A DNA stretch of 64,000 nt from the NCBI RefSeq assembly GCF_009914755.1, contig NC_060935.1; one strand, 5' to 3'. Shown here one piece after another: positions 62,495 to 64,000 of this stretch. Position 1 is the first letter of the stretch, and each line of letters begins with the position of its first letter. Origin of the DNA: the human T2T-CHM13v2.0 reference genome, Homo sapiens. The notes beneath the pieces were generated by a model. It saw only the letters and a list, made by a program, of their open reading frames with translations. It made no database searches and was not told the DNA's origin. The translations under genes and the position numbers were made by a program.

Positions 62495-63593
62495 CACACG
62501 TCATCACATGCAAAAACACGCACCTCGCACGTCCTTGCACGCGTCATCGCACGCAGAAACACACACCTCGCCCGTCCTCGCACGCGTCATCGCATGCAGA
62601 AACATACACCTTGCATGTCCTCGCACGCGTCATCACACGCACAAACACACACCTCGCACGTCCTCGCACGCGTCATCACATACAGAAACATACACCTTGC
62701 ACGTCCTCGCACGCGTCATCACATGCAAAAACACACACCTCGCATGTCCTCGCATGCGTCATCACATACAGAAACATACACCTTGCACGTCATCGCACGC
62801 GTCATCACATGCAAAAACATACACCTCGCATGTCCTCGCACGTGTCATCATTATACAGAAACATACACCTTGCACGTCCCCGCACGCATCATCACATAAA
62901 CATACACCTCGCACGTCCTCGCACGCGTCATCGCACGCAAAAACACACCTCGCACGTCCTCGCACGCGTCATCGCACGCAAAAACACACACCTCGCACAT
63001 CCTCGCACGCGTCATCGCACGCAAAAACACACACCTCGCACGTCCTCGCACGCGTCATCGCACGCAGAAACACACCTCGCACGTCCTCGCACGCGTCATC
63101 GCACGCAGAAACATACACCTCGCACGTCCTCGCACGCGTCATCGCACGCACAAACACCTCGCACGTCCTCGCATGCGTCATCGCATGCAGAAACATACAC
63201 CTTGCACGTCCTCGCACGCGTCATCACATGCAAAAACACACCTCGCACGTCCTCGCACGCGTCATCGCATACAGAAACATACACCTTGCACATCCTCGCA
63301 CGCGTCATCACATGCAAAAACACACACCTCGCATGTCCTCGCACGCGTCATCACATGCAAAAACACACACCTCGCATGTCCTCGCACGCGTCATCACATA
63401 AACATACACCTTGCACGTCCTCGCACGCGTCATCACACGCAAAAACATACACCTCGCACGTCCTCGCACGTGTCATCACATGCAAAAACACACCTCGCAT
63501 GTCCTCGCACGCGTCATCACATACAGAAACATACACCTTGCACGTCCTCGCACGCGTCATCACATGCAAAAACATACACCTCGCATGTCCTCG
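62495..63593. repeat. CpG-rich VNTR, 39-43-bp unit ACACCTCGCACGTCCTCGCACGCGTCATCRCAYRCARAAAC, ~26 copies, intron 3
   Basis: Direct inspection. Period 43 measured at 62581/62624. Confidence 0.96.
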
Positions 63594-64000
63594 AAAAAAT
63601 CAATTCTTATCCAGTGTCTAAGAATATACTAAAAATAATGGCAAAAAGTTATTCGAAGTCCTGTAAAGGGGTCCTGGGATCCTAACTTGCAGGCCTCTTC
63701 TCACTGAGAGCGTGCTTATCTCCGACACAGCCCCTGCCTGCCCGGCCTGCCCCTTGAAATACAGTGAACACAGATACTGCCTCTATTACCTCTGGTGCCA
63801 AGCTTAAAAGAAAAGATAATAAATTAAATTTACATCCTGAAGTGACAAATTACTTACTAATTACATAATTACTTTATTATTTAGGTGCTAATCAGGAAAG
63901 TACGTTGAACAATTTCTAGTTTTCAGGAAAATAATGGCTTGACTGTCAATTATTTACGGAACTAGATGTCAGCTTGCCAGCTGCATTTCCAGGCTTAATT

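Noticed and set aside
62482-63685. ORFs up to 379 aa, His/Thr/Arg-rich
   Set aside because: Translation of the CpG-rich VNTR.

Overview
Human/great-ape genomic DNA, recognisable as the IGSF9B locus (11q25). The minus strand carries the 3' part of IGSF9B (Ig/FN3 inhibitory-synapse adhesion molecule). I mapped exons 4-20 by GT-AG boundaries and reading-frame continuity (60749 down to the stop at 31286); exons 1-3 lie beyond the right edge. There is an alternative last coding exon at 41255-41321 and a ~12.5 kb 3'UTR that contains the MIR4697 hairpin and ends near an AATAAA at 18746-18751. The left 8 kb is an older L1PA7/8-like LINE-1 interrupted by a 5'-truncated L1PA3-like copy inserted in frame. 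The rest is Alu/L2/MIR/MER relics, two large VNTRs and a CpG island. No prokaryote-type systems are present. The most interesting unexplained signals are in RNA processing: (i) a cluster of candidate alternative C-terminal exons in intron 18 with an inverted repeat covering a splice donor; (ii) a 1.4 kb AG-free VNTR built from the exon 8 branch-point region; (iii) exons that regenerate a 5' splice site after splicing; (iv) a candidate cryptic 3'UTR intron bracketing a ~725 nt UG-rich tract. These are sequence-based hypotheses and have not been tested. Exon numbers, subfamily calls and gene names come from my recall, not from a database search.
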